Below are positions 38,402-49,998 of a stretch of DNA of 54,324 nt, piece after piece (position 1 is the stretch's first letter; each line of letters opens with the position of its first letter). This stretch comes from Acidobacteriota bacterium (GTDB taxonomy: Bacteria > Acidobacteriota > Aminicenantia > Aminicenantales > Saccharicenantaceae). The notes below the pieces were generated by a model that saw only the letters and a list, made by a program, of their open reading frames with translations, made no database searches and was not told where the DNA came from. The translations under genes and the position numbers were made by a program. The stretch lies in the NCBI GenBank assembly GCA_029571905.1, contig JAKPXU010000109.1:1-54324 (forward strand), given 5' to 3'.

Positions 38402-38827
38402 TCAGGATTCCTCAGTGGCTTTCTTCTCTGTGATAATGCCTACTACCTCTACTCCAGCCTGCTGAATGCCGTAAATAATGTCAACAATCTTGCCAAATTC
38501 GAGATTCTGGTCTGCTCTTAAATAGACTTTTTTATCTGTAGCAGTTATAAGCTGCTCCTCCAGAGCTGCTGGCAGGCCCTCCAGGGTAATTCGTTGTTCC
38601 TTGAGGAAAAGAGAGCCGTCTGCTTTAACGGATAAAACCACGTCTGGGTTGTCAGGCATATTTGAGCTGTTAAGAGCCGTCGGCAGCTGAACATCAACAC
38701 CTTTCTGGACCAGCGGAGTAACGACCATAAAAATAATAAGTAAGACCAGAAGGACGTCACAGAGAGGAACGACATTGGGTTCAGATTTTACTGTTTCTTT
38801 TTCGTTGGTTGATACTGAAAAAGCCAT
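38402..38827 (-). CDS. exbD: biopolymer transport protein ExbD/TolR
   Basis: A single N-terminal TM segment (PLCDVLLVLLIIFMV) and the ExbD periplasmic domain pattern. Confidence 0.85.
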   Translation of the reverse strand: MAFSVSTNEKETVKSEPNVVPLCDVLLVLLIIFMVVTPLVQKGVDVQLPTALNSSNMPDNPDVVLSVKADGSLFLKEQRITLEGLPAALEEQLITATDKKVYLRADQNLEFGKIVDIIYGIQQAGVEVVGIITEKKATEES

Positions 38828-38865
38828 TGTCTCTCTCTCTTTTTAATAAAATTTAACGAAGGCCG

Positions 38866-39543
38866 TTATTTAGACTCGCCCGTCCGCACAAAATAATCGG
38901 TCAACTGAGAGGCTGTATTTTCCATCTCAGTATTGTAGACTTCAATTTTGCTGTTTAACGTATTGAATGTCCACAGAGCAATAACAGCCACACCGATACC
39001 AAAAGCGGTGGTAACAAGTGCTTCAGCAATACCAGCTGCTACAGCCCCGATTCCGCCAGAGCCAGTCAGAGCCATGCCACGGAATGCATTGATAATACCA
39101 AAAATAGTTCCGAACAGACCAATAAAGGGTGAAGAGGTAGCGATAGTGGCCATGACGCTCAGCCCTCTTCTAAGTTCTTGAGTAAAAAGAGATTGTGCAC
39201 GGTCACAACCCCTCTGGGCGGCTTCTATCTGCTCTTGCAAGGATAGGTTAGACGACCCGCCAGCCAAATATTCCTCAATACCGGCCGCGGTCACTCTAGC
39301 CAGATGGCTGCCCCTGTATTCCTTCTTGGAAGCCAGGGCTAAAGCTTCTTTCAGCTGTCCATTCTTCAACAACTCAGCCAGTTTTGGAGCCACTTGCATT
39401 GATTTTTTTCTGGCCCGTGAAAAGGCTAACTGCCTTTCAATGAATAGATAGATAGTAATAACGGAAAGAGCGATCAGAATTATGGCCACTGTCTTAGCTA
39501 CAGCGCCCATCGACTGCCACATTTCAATCAAACCGAATTGCAT
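38866..39543 (-). CDS. exbB: MotA/TolQ/ExbB proton-channel protein
   Basis: Three TM segments and the signature SSPFIGLFGTIFGIINAF. SD AAGGAGG. Confidence 0.85.
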   Translation of the reverse strand: MQFGLIEMWQSMGAVAKTVAIILIALSVITIYLFIERQLAFSRARKKSMQVAPKLAELLKNGQLKEALALASKKEYRGSHLARVTAAGIEEYLAGGSSNLSLQEQIEAAQRGCDRAQSLFTQELRRGLSVMATIATSSPFIGLFGTIFGIINAFRGMALTGSGGIGAVAAGIAEALVTTAFGIGVAVIALWTFNTLNSKIEVYNTEMENTASQLTDYFVRTGESK

Positions 39544-39588
39544 GTTGAAAACCTCCTTTTAAATATCGAAAGCCATTATAAGCTTTTC

Positions 39589-40371
39589 TTACTTTAGTTT
39601 GAATAGAACAGTAACCGTAAAGATAACGCCCCTGGGACGGCCGTTGATAATCATCGGCTCATAAACCCACTGTTTGACAGCATCGATAGCTGCTTGATCA
39701 AGTAAGGGGACAGATCTCAAAACTTTAACCTGCTGGACCCGACCATAGATATCAGTGGTCGCTTCCAGGATAACTGTTCCTTCTACTCTGGCCTGTCGGG
39801 CGATTTCGGGATAAACGGGCTCAACCCGGTGAATTAACTTCGGCTGCTTAATTTCGCCAATAGCTCTTACCGGTTCCTCCTGCTGAACATCGCTGCCAAT
39901 AACTCCGCCCAGGACTCCGCCAACGACTCCACCCAGAACTCCACCTACGACTCCGCCTTCAACTCCACCTTCAACTCCACCTTCAATCCCAAAATCAGAA
40001 ATTGCTTCATCGGCGATTTGTTCGGGTATTTCTACAGGCGCAACTAACTTACCAGGTTCTACAGAAGTTGTAGCTTGAACAGCTCTAATAGTTCTGGTAG
40101 ATGATGAACTCTTTTTCTTAGCTGGTGGTGGCGGTGGCGGCGGGGGTGGCGGGGGTGGAGCCAGAAAGGCGCTATAGACCTCTACTTTTGGCAGATCATC
40201 TACAGACAGCAGAGGAATAACAATGATAGCGGCAATAAAAACAGCGTGGAGGATAATAGCAATGGGTAAAGCCAGCGCTTTTCTTTTAATCCCCGACTCG
40301 GCCTGGAAAAAGGAATCCTTGAAGAGTTCAGGTAACTCTCCTCCTTGTTTAGGCCTTTTTGCTTCTGGCAT
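39589..40371 (-). CDS. tonB: energy transducer TonB
   Basis: TM anchor, a run of 13 Pro, GGVx repeats, and the C-terminal TonB domain (YPEIARQARVEGTVIL...). ATG at 40371 is preceded by GAGG. Confidence 0.85.
   Translation of the reverse strand: MPEAKRPKQGGELPELFKDSFFQAESGIKRKALALPIAIILHAVFIAAIIVIPLLSVDDLPKVEVYSAFLAPPPPPPPPPPPPAKKKSSSSTRTIRAVQATTSVEPGKLVAPVEIPEQIADEAISDFGIEGGVEGGVEGGVVGGVLGGVVGGVLGGVIGSDVQQEEPVRAIGEIKQPKLIHRVEPVYPEIARQARVEGTVILEATTDIYGRVQQVKVLRSVPLLDQAAIDAVKQWVYEPMIINGRPRGVIFTVTVLFKLK
39901..39990. repeat. imperfect 12-nt tandem repeat inside tonB, encoding (GGVx)n
   Basis: About seven consecutive 12-nt units. Examples: gactccgccttc / aactccaccttc / aactccaccttc at 39949-39984. 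They encode GIEGGVEGGVEGGVVGGVLGGVVGGVLGGVIG. Confidence 0.8.
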
Positions 40372-40448
40372 GTTAAACCTCACGCTCTTAAATTAGATTA
40401 GACTAAATTATAGGTTAAAAAAATTTATTTTACAAGTCAAATATTTAA

Positions 40449-41618
40449 CTATTTTCTAACTTTTTTCTTCTTACCAAAGAGCTGGTTCCACCAGAGAACA
40501 ACCGGGCAGGACATGAAAATAGTGGAGTAAACACCTTCAATTGAGCCAACCAGCATGATAAAGGCAAAATCGTTGATGACTTTACCACCGAAGAGGAAAA
40601 GAGCCAGAACGGCCAGAAAAACAGTTCCCGAGGTAATAATAGTCCTGGTCAGGTTGATGTTAAGAGAAAGATTCATTATTTTTTCCAGCGGCTCTTTTCT
40701 CATGGTTTTTCTCAGCTCGCGGATCCGGTCAAAGATAACGATAGTATCATTGACAGAATAACCCACAATCGTCAGAAAGGCAGCAATGATAGGTAGATTA
40801 ATTTCCCGGTTAGTAAAAGAATAGATGCTGAGGCAAATTAAGACATCCTGGGACAGAGTGAAAATAGCTGCTGCTCCAAACTCAATCCCTTTAAATCGGA
40901 AAGCGATGTAAACGAGCATGGCAATTATAGACCAGATAACTGCCTGAGTCGCTTTTTTCCTCAACTCTTTTCCAGCCTGAGGGCCAACCGTCTCCTTACT
41001 TAAAACAGTCATCTGCCCCAGAAAAGCTCTAGCTTGAAGCTTATTGAGAATTTCATCGGGCAGAGAGACCGGCTCCTTTTTAAGCTCGTCCCAGTTAACA
41101 ATAATACCGTGTTCATTCCGGTAGGTCATAATCCGACTGGCCAGTTCTTCACTATTTTCAGCTGATATTTCAGTTAACAAAGCGGTCAGAGAGCGGCTGT
41201 CGATATTATTTAAGTCAATCATGCCCTGAGCGAGGCGCTGCTGGTCCTCTTTGCTCTGCAAGGCAGAAATGACCTTATTGGCCAGGATTTGGTGGCCTTC
41301 GATTTCTTCACCGGTCTGGCTGGTCGTTCTGGTTTCGACTGTTCTGATTTGAAATTCCCGGCCGCTTTTTCCAGATTCTTGGATAATACTGTCGCCGAGG
41401 CCAACGTCATCCAGCAGTTGTCTAATGGCCGAGACCGAAATTGGCTCTTTGTACATCACTCTGACGAGTGTCCCCTCGCCGAAATCGACGCCCATCTTTA
41501 ACCCATGGCCTATAGTCATGTTCAGGATGCCTGCCAGAATGATGGCAATGGTCAAGGCCAGAGCAAACCATCTGAATTTGAGAAAATCAATATTGGGTGT
41601 TTTTTTGAATATTTCCAT
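40449..41618 (-). CDS. secF: protein translocase subunit SecF (enlarged periplasmic domain)
   Basis: SecF TM core (IVGYSVNDTIVIFDRIRE). Immediately downstream of secD. 389 aa, versus roughly 300 aa as I recall for typical SecF proteins. Confidence 0.9.
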   Translation of the reverse strand: MEIFKKTPNIDFLKFRWFALALTIAIILAGILNMTIGHGLKMGVDFGEGTLVRVMYKEPISVSAIRQLLDDVGLGDSIIQESGKSGREFQIRTVETRTTSQTGEEIEGHQILANKVISALQSKEDQQRLAQGMIDLNNIDSRSLTALLTEISAENSEELASRIMTYRNEHGIIVNWDELKKEPVSLPDEILNKLQARAFLGQMTVLSKETVGPQAGKELRKKATQAVIWSIIAMLVYIAFRFKGIEFGAAAIFTLSQDVLICLSIYSFTNREINLPIIAAFLTIVGYSVNDTIVIFDRIRELRKTMRKEPLEKIMNLSLNINLTRTIITSGTVFLAVLALFLFGGKVINDFAFIMLVGSIEGVYSTIFMSCPVVLWWNQLFGKKKKVRK

Positions 41619-41619
41619 G

Positions 41620-43155
41620 TTAGATACTCAACTTCTTAGCATTGGTTGGGACGGTTAAATCAAAGATCAGACGTGAAACGAAGACGGCCGTAAACAGATT
41701 AGCAACCAGTCCGCAGATTAAAGTCACCGCATAACCCTTTATTGGCCCAGTACCAAACTGAAAGAGGAAAACACCGGAAATGATTGTGGTTAAGTTGGAA
41801 TCGAAGATAGCAGTAAAGGCCCGACTGAAACCAGTATTAATAGCGCTGCCTGCATTCTTTCCCAGGGCCATTTCCTCCTTTATTCTTTCAAAGATAAGGA
41901 TATTAGCGTCAACAGCCATGCCAATACTCAGGATAATACCGGCAATGCCAGGCAGGGTCAGGGTAGCTTTAAAATAACTGAGTGCACCAAAAATCAGAAA
42001 GGTATTTAAAATCAAGGCCGCTACTGCATTCAGACCGGACAGCCTGTAATAAAAAATCATAAAAACCATGACTGCAAAAATAGCTACCAGACCGCTTAGC
42101 AGGCCCTGGCGGATAGAATCTGTCCCGAGTGAGGGGCCGATTGTTCTTTCCTCGAGGTATTTAATTCCGGCGGGCAGAGCGCCAGCTTTTAAGATAACCA
42201 CCAGGTCATCAGCCTCTTCTGGAGTAAATCTTCCCTGGATGATACCGGAATCAGAAATGCGAGAATTGATGACCGGTGCCGATTGCAGCCTTTCATCAAG
42301 AATAATTGCCAGTTGCTTTCCAATATTCTGCCCGGTTACCTGCTCAAACCGCCTGGCTCCATCCGGCGTCAGGGTAAAACTCACAGCTGGATTATTCCAT
42401 TCATCAACGCCTCTTCTGACACTCCTTAAATCTTTGCCGGTAATCGAGGCTACCTTGCTTACCAGATAATAACCCTGTAAACCTCGCCTCGGATCTCCTT
42501 TAACTATTTCTGCATCATCTGGTACTTGACCTCCAAACTCCTGCAGCAGGGTTTCTTCATCAGGAGCCGGTCCGGCCTTGACCAGCTTAAACTCGAGGAC
42601 AGCAGTCACTTTGATCAAATTTTTGACTCTTTCCGGATCATCTATACCAGGTAGCTCAACGACAATACGATCAGAACCCTGTCGCTGGATGATGGGCTCG
42701 GCCACACCGAACTGGTCGACTCTATTTCTGATTGTTTCGAGTGTTTGCAATACAGCCTGTTCTCGCAGGTACTGCTCGGCGGGCTGCTTAAGTTTAAAAT
42801 TGACCCGGTCGCCGGTAAGAGTGTAATCCCAGTCCCTGGTATACTCATCTATCAGGTCCCTGATTTTCCCTTCCTGGTCAGCACTGATGCCCTCAAAATA
42901 GAATTGCCCGGGTTTTTCTTTGGCGGCCCGGGTAAAGGTGACGTTATTCTTCTTAAAAACCTCTTCAAAGCGGGCTATTTGCTGATCGGTTTCGACATTG
43001 ATGGCATCATCAGTTATAACCTGCATCAGCAGGTGAGTCCCGCCCTTGAGGTCAAGTCCAAGCTTAATTTTTTCCTTGGGTGGATAAATCAAAAAGATAC
43101 TGAGAGCAATAACGGCCAGGGTTAATCCGATTTTCCACTTAACATTCTTTTTCAT
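41620..43155 (-). CDS. secD: protein translocase subunit SecD
   Basis: LGLDLKGG, the periplasmic P1 domain, and the C-terminal six-TM core (GMAVDANILIFERIKEE). Confidence 0.95.
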   Translation of the reverse strand: MKKNVKWKIGLTLAVIALSIFLIYPPKEKIKLGLDLKGGTHLLMQVITDDAINVETDQQIARFEEVFKKNNVTFTRAAKEKPGQFYFEGISADQEGKIRDLIDEYTRDWDYTLTGDRVNFKLKQPAEQYLREQAVLQTLETIRNRVDQFGVAEPIIQRQGSDRIVVELPGIDDPERVKNLIKVTAVLEFKLVKAGPAPDEETLLQEFGGQVPDDAEIVKGDPRRGLQGYYLVSKVASITGKDLRSVRRGVDEWNNPAVSFTLTPDGARRFEQVTGQNIGKQLAIILDERLQSAPVINSRISDSGIIQGRFTPEEADDLVVILKAGALPAGIKYLEERTIGPSLGTDSIRQGLLSGLVAIFAVMVFMIFYYRLSGLNAVAALILNTFLIFGALSYFKATLTLPGIAGIILSIGMAVDANILIFERIKEEMALGKNAGSAINTGFSRAFTAIFDSNLTTIISGVFLFQFGTGPIKGYAVTLICGLVANLFTAVFVSRLIFDLTVPTNAKKLSI

Positions 43156-43199
43156 GTGAGCTAACTCTTTCCTTGATGGACTAAACTAACCAGAATTAT

Positions 43200-43547
43200 T
43201 TAACTATGTTCTTTGTTTTCAACCTTTTCTTTTTCAGATAGAACAATTCCCACAGCGCTTTTCAGTATATCTATCTTCACATTGGAAGCAATTTTCAGTT
43301 CAATCCTGTCAGGATGGACATCCATAACTGTACCAAAGATACCGCCGCTCGTCACTATGCGGTCGCCGGGACGCAAATTATCGACCATCTTCTGATGCTG
43401 CTTCTGTTTCTTTCTCTGGGGGAGGATGATCAAAAGATAAAAGATAACGAAAACGAGAATTAGCGGCAGAAGCGTGAGAAGGGCGTTACCCTGAGCAGGA
43501 GCGGCTGCCTGTTGCTCGGATACACTAAACATAGTTAATAAACTCAT
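43200..43547 (-). CDS. yajC: preprotein translocase subunit YajC
   Basis: Single TM segment followed by LRPGDRIVTSGGIFGTV. Sits in tgt-yajC-secDF synteny. Confidence 0.9.
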   Translation of the reverse strand: MSLLTMFSVSEQQAAAPAQGNALLTLLPLILVFVIFYLLIILPQRKKQKQHQKMVDNLRPGDRIVTSGGIFGTVMDVHPDRIELKIASNVKIDILKSAVGIVLSEKEKVENKEHS

Positions 43548-43556
43548 CTTTTCTCC

Positions 43557-45748
<2,192 letters not shown>

Positions 45749-45754
45749 GATTTA

Positions 45755-45783
45755 AGTAAATTCCTAATCAGCCTGTCTGTCAA
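45755..45783 (-). promoter_or_regulatory. possible promoter of the ychF-tgt-yajC-secDF operon
   Basis: Minus strand: TTGACA (45778-45783), 17-nt spacer, TTTACT (45755-45760). The ATG at 45748 is 6 nt after the -10 element. Confidence 0.35.
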
Positions 45784-45818
45784 GATATTAAAGCCAGCTC
45801 CCTCTTCTCTGATTGCAT

Positions 45819-45847
45819 TTGAAAGGCGATATTTTTTAGAGTATATT
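45819..45847 (+). promoter_or_regulatory. sigma70-like promoter for lepB
   Basis: TTGAAA (45819-45824), 17-nt spacer, TATATT (45842-45847). SD AAGGA precedes the ATG at 45874. Confidence 0.45.
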
Positions 45848-45873
45848 AAATAACTTAAAAAGGATAGAGTTAC

Positions 45874-46629
45874 ATGACAGCCAGCGAGAAAAAGAAAAAA
45901 ACTGAAGCGCAAGATCAGTTGCCGGACGAACAGTCAGGCAAGAAAAAAAGAGAAAAAAGTCTTTTCCGCGAATACTTTGAACTAATTGCTGAAACAGCTA
46001 TCTTCGTCTTTTTTGTCATGACCTATGTTGTCCAGGCCTTTCAGATTCCCAGTGGTTCGATGGAGCCGACCCTGCTCGTTGGGGATTTTTTATTGGTCAA
46101 TAAGTTCATCTACGCCCGGCCGATAGATTCGTTCGAAGCGGCAGTCATGCCGAGTCGTCAGCTTAAAAGAAAGGATATTATAGTTTTTAAGTATCCAAGA
46201 GATTTGAGCAAAGATTTTGTTAAAAGAGTGATTGCCCTGGAAGGGGAAAAAATAGAAATCAAAAACAAGCAGGTTTTTATTAATGATAGACCGATTGATG
46301 AGCCTTATAAAGTCCATAATGATTCACAGATTTTTGAAAAGGGTAATTATTATCAATATGATGATGTCATCAGAGATAATTATGGGCCGGTTGTTGTTCC
46401 CCCTGGCCACGTTTTTGCCATGGGGGATAATCGGGACAACAGTCTGGATAGCCGTTACTGGAGCTTTGTGCCTCTGTCTTATGTTAAAGGCCGGCCCTGG
46501 GTCATCTATTTTTCTTATGAAGCCGAAAAAGATGCTTATCTGAAAAATGGGGTGCGGGACCGGTTTAAAAAATTCTTTCGTTTTATCTTTAAAACGCGCT
46601 GGAATAGAATATTAAAGGTCGTCTCCTGA
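45874..46629 (+). CDS. lepB: signal peptidase I
   Basis: SGSMEPTL (catalytic Ser), KRVIALEGE (Lys box) and GDNRDNSLDSRYW motifs. Confidence 0.95.
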   Translation: MTASEKKKKTEAQDQLPDEQSGKKKREKSLFREYFELIAETAIFVFFVMTYVVQAFQIPSGSMEPTLLVGDFLLVNKFIYARPIDSFEAAVMPSRQLKRKDIIVFKYPRDLSKDFVKRVIALEGEKIEIKNKQVFINDRPIDEPYKVHNDSQIFEKGNYYQYDDVIRDNYGPVVVPPGHVFAMGDNRDNSLDSRYWSFVPLSYVKGRPWVIYFSYEAEKDAYLKNGVRDRFKKFFRFIFKTRWNRILKVVS

Positions 46630-46708
46630 TTGACCCAGCCGAAACAGATCTTTTATTGACTGACCGGTGCAGTTTAAATAAGATGAGGGGGAGCCGGGTT
46701 TCAAGCTA

Positions 46709-47506
46709 ATGGGCAAGAAGATCATCGCGCTTTTGACTGATTTCGGGCTTAAGGATTATTTCGTAGCCTCTCTTAAAGGAGTTATTTTATCTATCAACTC
46801 TGAAGTGAGACTGGTGGATATCACTCATGATCTCCCTGACCATGGCCGGCAGGCGGCGGCTTTTGTTTTACAGGCCTGCTATCGGTTTTTTCCTACTGGC
46901 ACCATTTTTTTGACAGTGGTTGACCCTGGAGTAGGCAGTGAGAGGCGCTTGCTGCTGGCCAGGAGCGAACGCTATTATTTTATTGCTCCAGATAATGGCC
47001 TTTTATCGCCGATCCTGGAAGCTGAAAAAGCTGAGGTTCTGGAAATAACCGGCGAGAATTATTTTCTTACCACCAGAAAGACAAGTTTCGAAGGCCGGGA
47101 TAAAATGGCTCCGGTGGCTGCCTGGTTAAGTCTGGGAATAGATATATCAGAGCTGGCCAGACCAGCTAAATCCTGGGTAAAGCTGAACTGGCCAGAGCCC
47201 CAGAATGCTGACCGGGAAATCAGGGGAAGCATCGTTTACCAGGATAAATTTGGTAATTTAATCACCAATATCTCCCAGCACCTGATCGTCAGTTTTCTCA
47301 ATTCCAATCATGGCTCAAGTCTGGTTCTTGTGGCCGGTCGGAAAAGAATTACCGAGATGGCTGCGACTTATTCTCAGGCGCCGCGAAATAAGCCCTTTTT
47401 TATGATCAACAGTCTCGGTCTTCTGGAAATTGCCGTCTATGAGGATTCAGCGGCCAACCTGCTGGGACTCAATCCGGGCGATAATGTCGTTCTTAAGATT
47501 GAATGA
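46709..47506 (+). CDS. SAM hydrolase / SAM-dependent halogenase family protein (DUF62, SAM hydroxide adenosyltransferase-like)
   Basis: The N-terminus IALLTDFGLKDYFVASLKGVI and VVDPGVG are characteristic of the DUF62/fluorinase-like family. Confidence 0.75.
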   Translation: MGKKIIALLTDFGLKDYFVASLKGVILSINSEVRLVDITHDLPDHGRQAAAFVLQACYRFFPTGTIFLTVVDPGVGSERRLLLARSERYYFIAPDNGLLSPILEAEKAEVLEITGENYFLTTRKTSFEGRDKMAPVAAWLSLGIDISELARPAKSWVKLNWPEPQNADREIRGSIVYQDKFGNLITNISQHLIVSFLNSNHGSSLVLVAGRKRITEMAATYSQAPRNKPFFMINSLGLLEIAVYEDSAANLLGLNPGDNVVLKIE

Positions 47507-47551
47507 CTGACAGGCGATATCAGGTGATGGAGGCCGCGTTCAGGACAAGCT

Positions 47552-49735
47552 ATGGAACAGCTGGAAGGAACAATCGAACAGGTCGTTTATTATAACCCGG
47601 ACAACGGCTATTCTGTTTTCAAGCTGGAAACAGAAACAGGCGAAGTTACCGTGGTCGGCATTTTCCCGCCGCTGTCTCCAGGTGAACATCTTAAGCTGAC
47701 CGGTCATTTTGAAGTAAATCAGAAATTTGGTCGGCAGTTCCAGATGGAAACCTTCAGTCTGGCTTTACCTCACTCAACTATTGGCCTGGAGAGATTCCTG
47801 GCTTCCGGGTTGATCAAAGGGATTGGGCCGGTTCTGGCCAGGAGGATTATCAAAAAGTTTGGTGTGGACACAGCCAGAATTCTGGATGAACAACCAGAGA
47901 AATTAACAATTGTGCCTGGCATTGGCCAGAAAAAACTGGCTGAGATCCTGACTTCCTGGCAGGAACACCGGGAAATAAAAGACCTGATTATTTTTCTTCA
48001 GGAACATGGAATTTCCACCACCATGGCCTATAAAATTTACCGAACCTACGGTGCTTCCTCTTTTGATGTTCTGAAAAGGAATCCCTATCAACTCTGTCTT
48101 GAAATCTGGGGAATCGGCTTTAAAACAGCTGATCAGATTGCTCTCAAGCTCGGTCTACCGGAAGATTCACTGGACCGGGTCAAGGCTTTTGTCCTCTACC
48201 TCTTAGAAAAGGACAACGATGAAGGCCACGTTTATTCCGAGCAGGCAGAAGTGATCAGAAGATGCCAGGAAGAACTGGGAGCTGAGGCCGGACGGGTCGA
48301 GGCTGCCCTGGCCGCTCTGGTCAATGACAGATCGATAATAGCGAAAGAAACTCCTTCCGGAATTCATCTTTACCGGCCATTTTTCTATCAGGCAGAAGAA
48401 GAAGTAGCCAGAAGAATCATCAGCCTGACCGGTCGGGATTGTCCGCCACCGGATTTTGATCTTGACCGGAAAATTGAGGAGATAGAAAAAAAATCTGGCC
48501 TGGTTTTTTCCCCCCTCCAGAAAAAAGCGATCAAAAGCAGCTTGCAAAAAAGAATTCTCATCATCACCGGTGGTCCAGGTACCGGCAAGACCACCATTAT
48601 CAGAGCGGTAGTTGATATTTTTGAGAGCTGGCCGAAAAAGGTTCTGCTGGCTGCTCCAACCGGTCGGGCAGCTAAAAGGCTGTCTGAGGCTACTGGCCGG
48701 GAAGCTAAAACAATTCACCGCTTGCTTGAATATCAGCCGCATGAGGGCCGGTTTAAAAGAGGTCCTGGTCATCCGCTGCGAGCCGAAGCCCTCATCGTCG
48801 ATGAAGTCTCAATGATTGATTTACCTTTAATGTATCATTTGCTCCAGGCCCTGCCGCCTGAGATGAGGTTAATCCTGGTTGGTGATCAGGATCAGTTGCC
48901 ACCGGTTGGTCCTGGTCATCTTCTCAGAGATTTGATCGGCTCCGGTGCTATCGAAGTTATCAGATTGAATGAAATCTTTCGTCAGGCCAAAGAAAGTTTG
49001 ATTGTGGTCAACGCTCACCGGGTAAACGAGGGCCAGCCTATAATATATCCTCCTCATGGAGATCCCAACTCTGACTTTTATTTCATTCATCAGGAAAATG
49101 AAGAAAAAGTTCTCAACTTGATTTTAAAACTGTGCCGTTTCAGCCTGCCCAAAAAACTCGGTTTGAGTCCGCTCTCCACCCAGATTCAGGTCATCAGCCC
49201 GATGTATCGGGGACTGGCTGGAGTTGATCATCTCAATATCGAACTGCAAAAGGCCCTCAATCCCGATTCAGCTTCCTTCAAATTGGGTTCAAAAGAATTC
49301 AGAAGTAGAGATAAAGTTATGCAGACCAGGAACAATTATGAAAAGGAGGTCTTTAACGGTGATCTGGGCACCATTGTCCAGATTGATCCGAAAAAACTGA
49401 GCTTACTGGTTGACTTTGATGGGCGCCTTGTTTCTTATGAAAAAGACGAGCTGGCTGAAATTGTCCTGGCCTATGCTATTTCTGTTCACAAAGCTCAGGG
49501 CAATGAATACCAGGCAGTGGTCATGCCGCTTTTAATCCAGCATTATATTATGCTGCAGAAAAACCTTTTTTATACCGCTTTGACCAGGGCCAGAAAATTG
49601 AGTGTCATTATTGGCTCATACCGGGCTCTACATATTGCTATCAAGAATGACCGACCGGTCAACAGGAATTCTGATTTGAAGGATAATATTCAGAATTTGA
49701 TGAAAAACGAACTGCCAAATTTTCGTTTGTATTAA
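47552..49735 (+). CDS. recD2: SF1 ATP-dependent RecD-like DNA helicase
   Basis: RecD2-type N-terminus (YYNPDNGYSVFKL), HhH region, Walker A GGPGTGKTT, Walker B IVDEVSMID, and C-terminal SVHKAQGNEY. Confidence 0.9.
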   Translation: MEQLEGTIEQVVYYNPDNGYSVFKLETETGEVTVVGIFPPLSPGEHLKLTGHFEVNQKFGRQFQMETFSLALPHSTIGLERFLASGLIKGIGPVLARRIIKKFGVDTARILDEQPEKLTIVPGIGQKKLAEILTSWQEHREIKDLIIFLQEHGISTTMAYKIYRTYGASSFDVLKRNPYQLCLEIWGIGFKTADQIALKLGLPEDSLDRVKAFVLYLLEKDNDEGHVYSEQAEVIRRCQEELGAEAGRVEAALAALVNDRSIIAKETPSGIHLYRPFFYQAEEEVARRIISLTGRDCPPPDFDLDRKIEEIEKKSGLVFSPLQKKAIKSSLQKRILIITGGPGTGKTTIIRAVVDIFESWPKKVLLAAPTGRAAKRLSEATGREAKTIHRLLEYQPHEGRFKRGPGHPLRAEALIVDEVSMIDLPLMYHLLQALPPEMRLILVGDQDQLPPVGPGHLLRDLIGSGAIEVIRLNEIFRQAKESLIVVNAHRVNEGQPIIYPPHGDPNSDFYFIHQENEEKVLNLILKLCRFSLPKKLGLSPLSTQIQVISPMYRGLAGVDHLNIELQKALNPDSASFKLGSKEFRSRDKVMQTRNNYEKEVFNGDLGTIVQIDPKKLSLLVDFDGRLVSYEKDELAEIVLAYAISVHKAQGNEYQAVVMPLLIQHYIMLQKNLFYTALTRARKLSVIIGSYRALHIAIKNDRPVNRNSDLKDNIQNLMKNELPNFRLY

Positions 49736-49754
49736 AGGCAGAGTCCATTATAAT
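49727..49754 (+). promoter_or_regulatory. sigma70-like promoter for the rubredoxin gene
   Basis: TTGTAT (49727-49732), 16-nt spacer, TATAAT (49749-49754). SD AAGGAAAGGAG precedes the ATG at 49789. Confidence 0.45.
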
Positions 49755-49788
49755 AGCTAAGTAAATAAGAAGGAAAGGAGAAACAGCT

Positions 49789-49950
49789 ATGGAAAAATGG
49801 GAATGCACAGCTTGTGGTTATATTTACGATCCGGATGTGGGTGACCCAGAACATGATATTCCACCCGGCACTCCTTTTGAGTCTCTTCCTGACGACTGGA
49901 CTTGTCCCCAGTGTGGAGTGGGCAAAGAGTTTTTTCAAAAAATAGACTGA
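49789..49950 (+). CDS. rd: rubredoxin (53 aa; below the ORF-track length cut-off)
   Basis: Hand translation gives [53 protein letters not shown]. Both CxxCG knuckles and the conserved Y/W/F core are present, and there is a strong SD. Confidence 0.9.
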   Translation: MEKWECTACGYIYDPDVGDPEHDIPPGTPFESLPDDWTCPQCGVGKEFFQKID

Positions 49951-49998
49951 ACCTCTAATCCGGCTGTCAGATATCGCTGGCAATATGGAGCATGAAGC

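Noticed and set aside
40121-40160. G-quadruplex-forming tract.
   Set aside because: The G-runs are fully explained as the antisense of CCN proline codons in the TonB linker. There is no independent reason to invoke a regulatory G4.
49732-49983. 83-aa minus-strand ORF between recD2 and the flavoprotein gene.
   Set aside because: It overlaps the plus-strand rubredoxin gene, which has diagnostic CxxCG motifs, an SD and a promoter.
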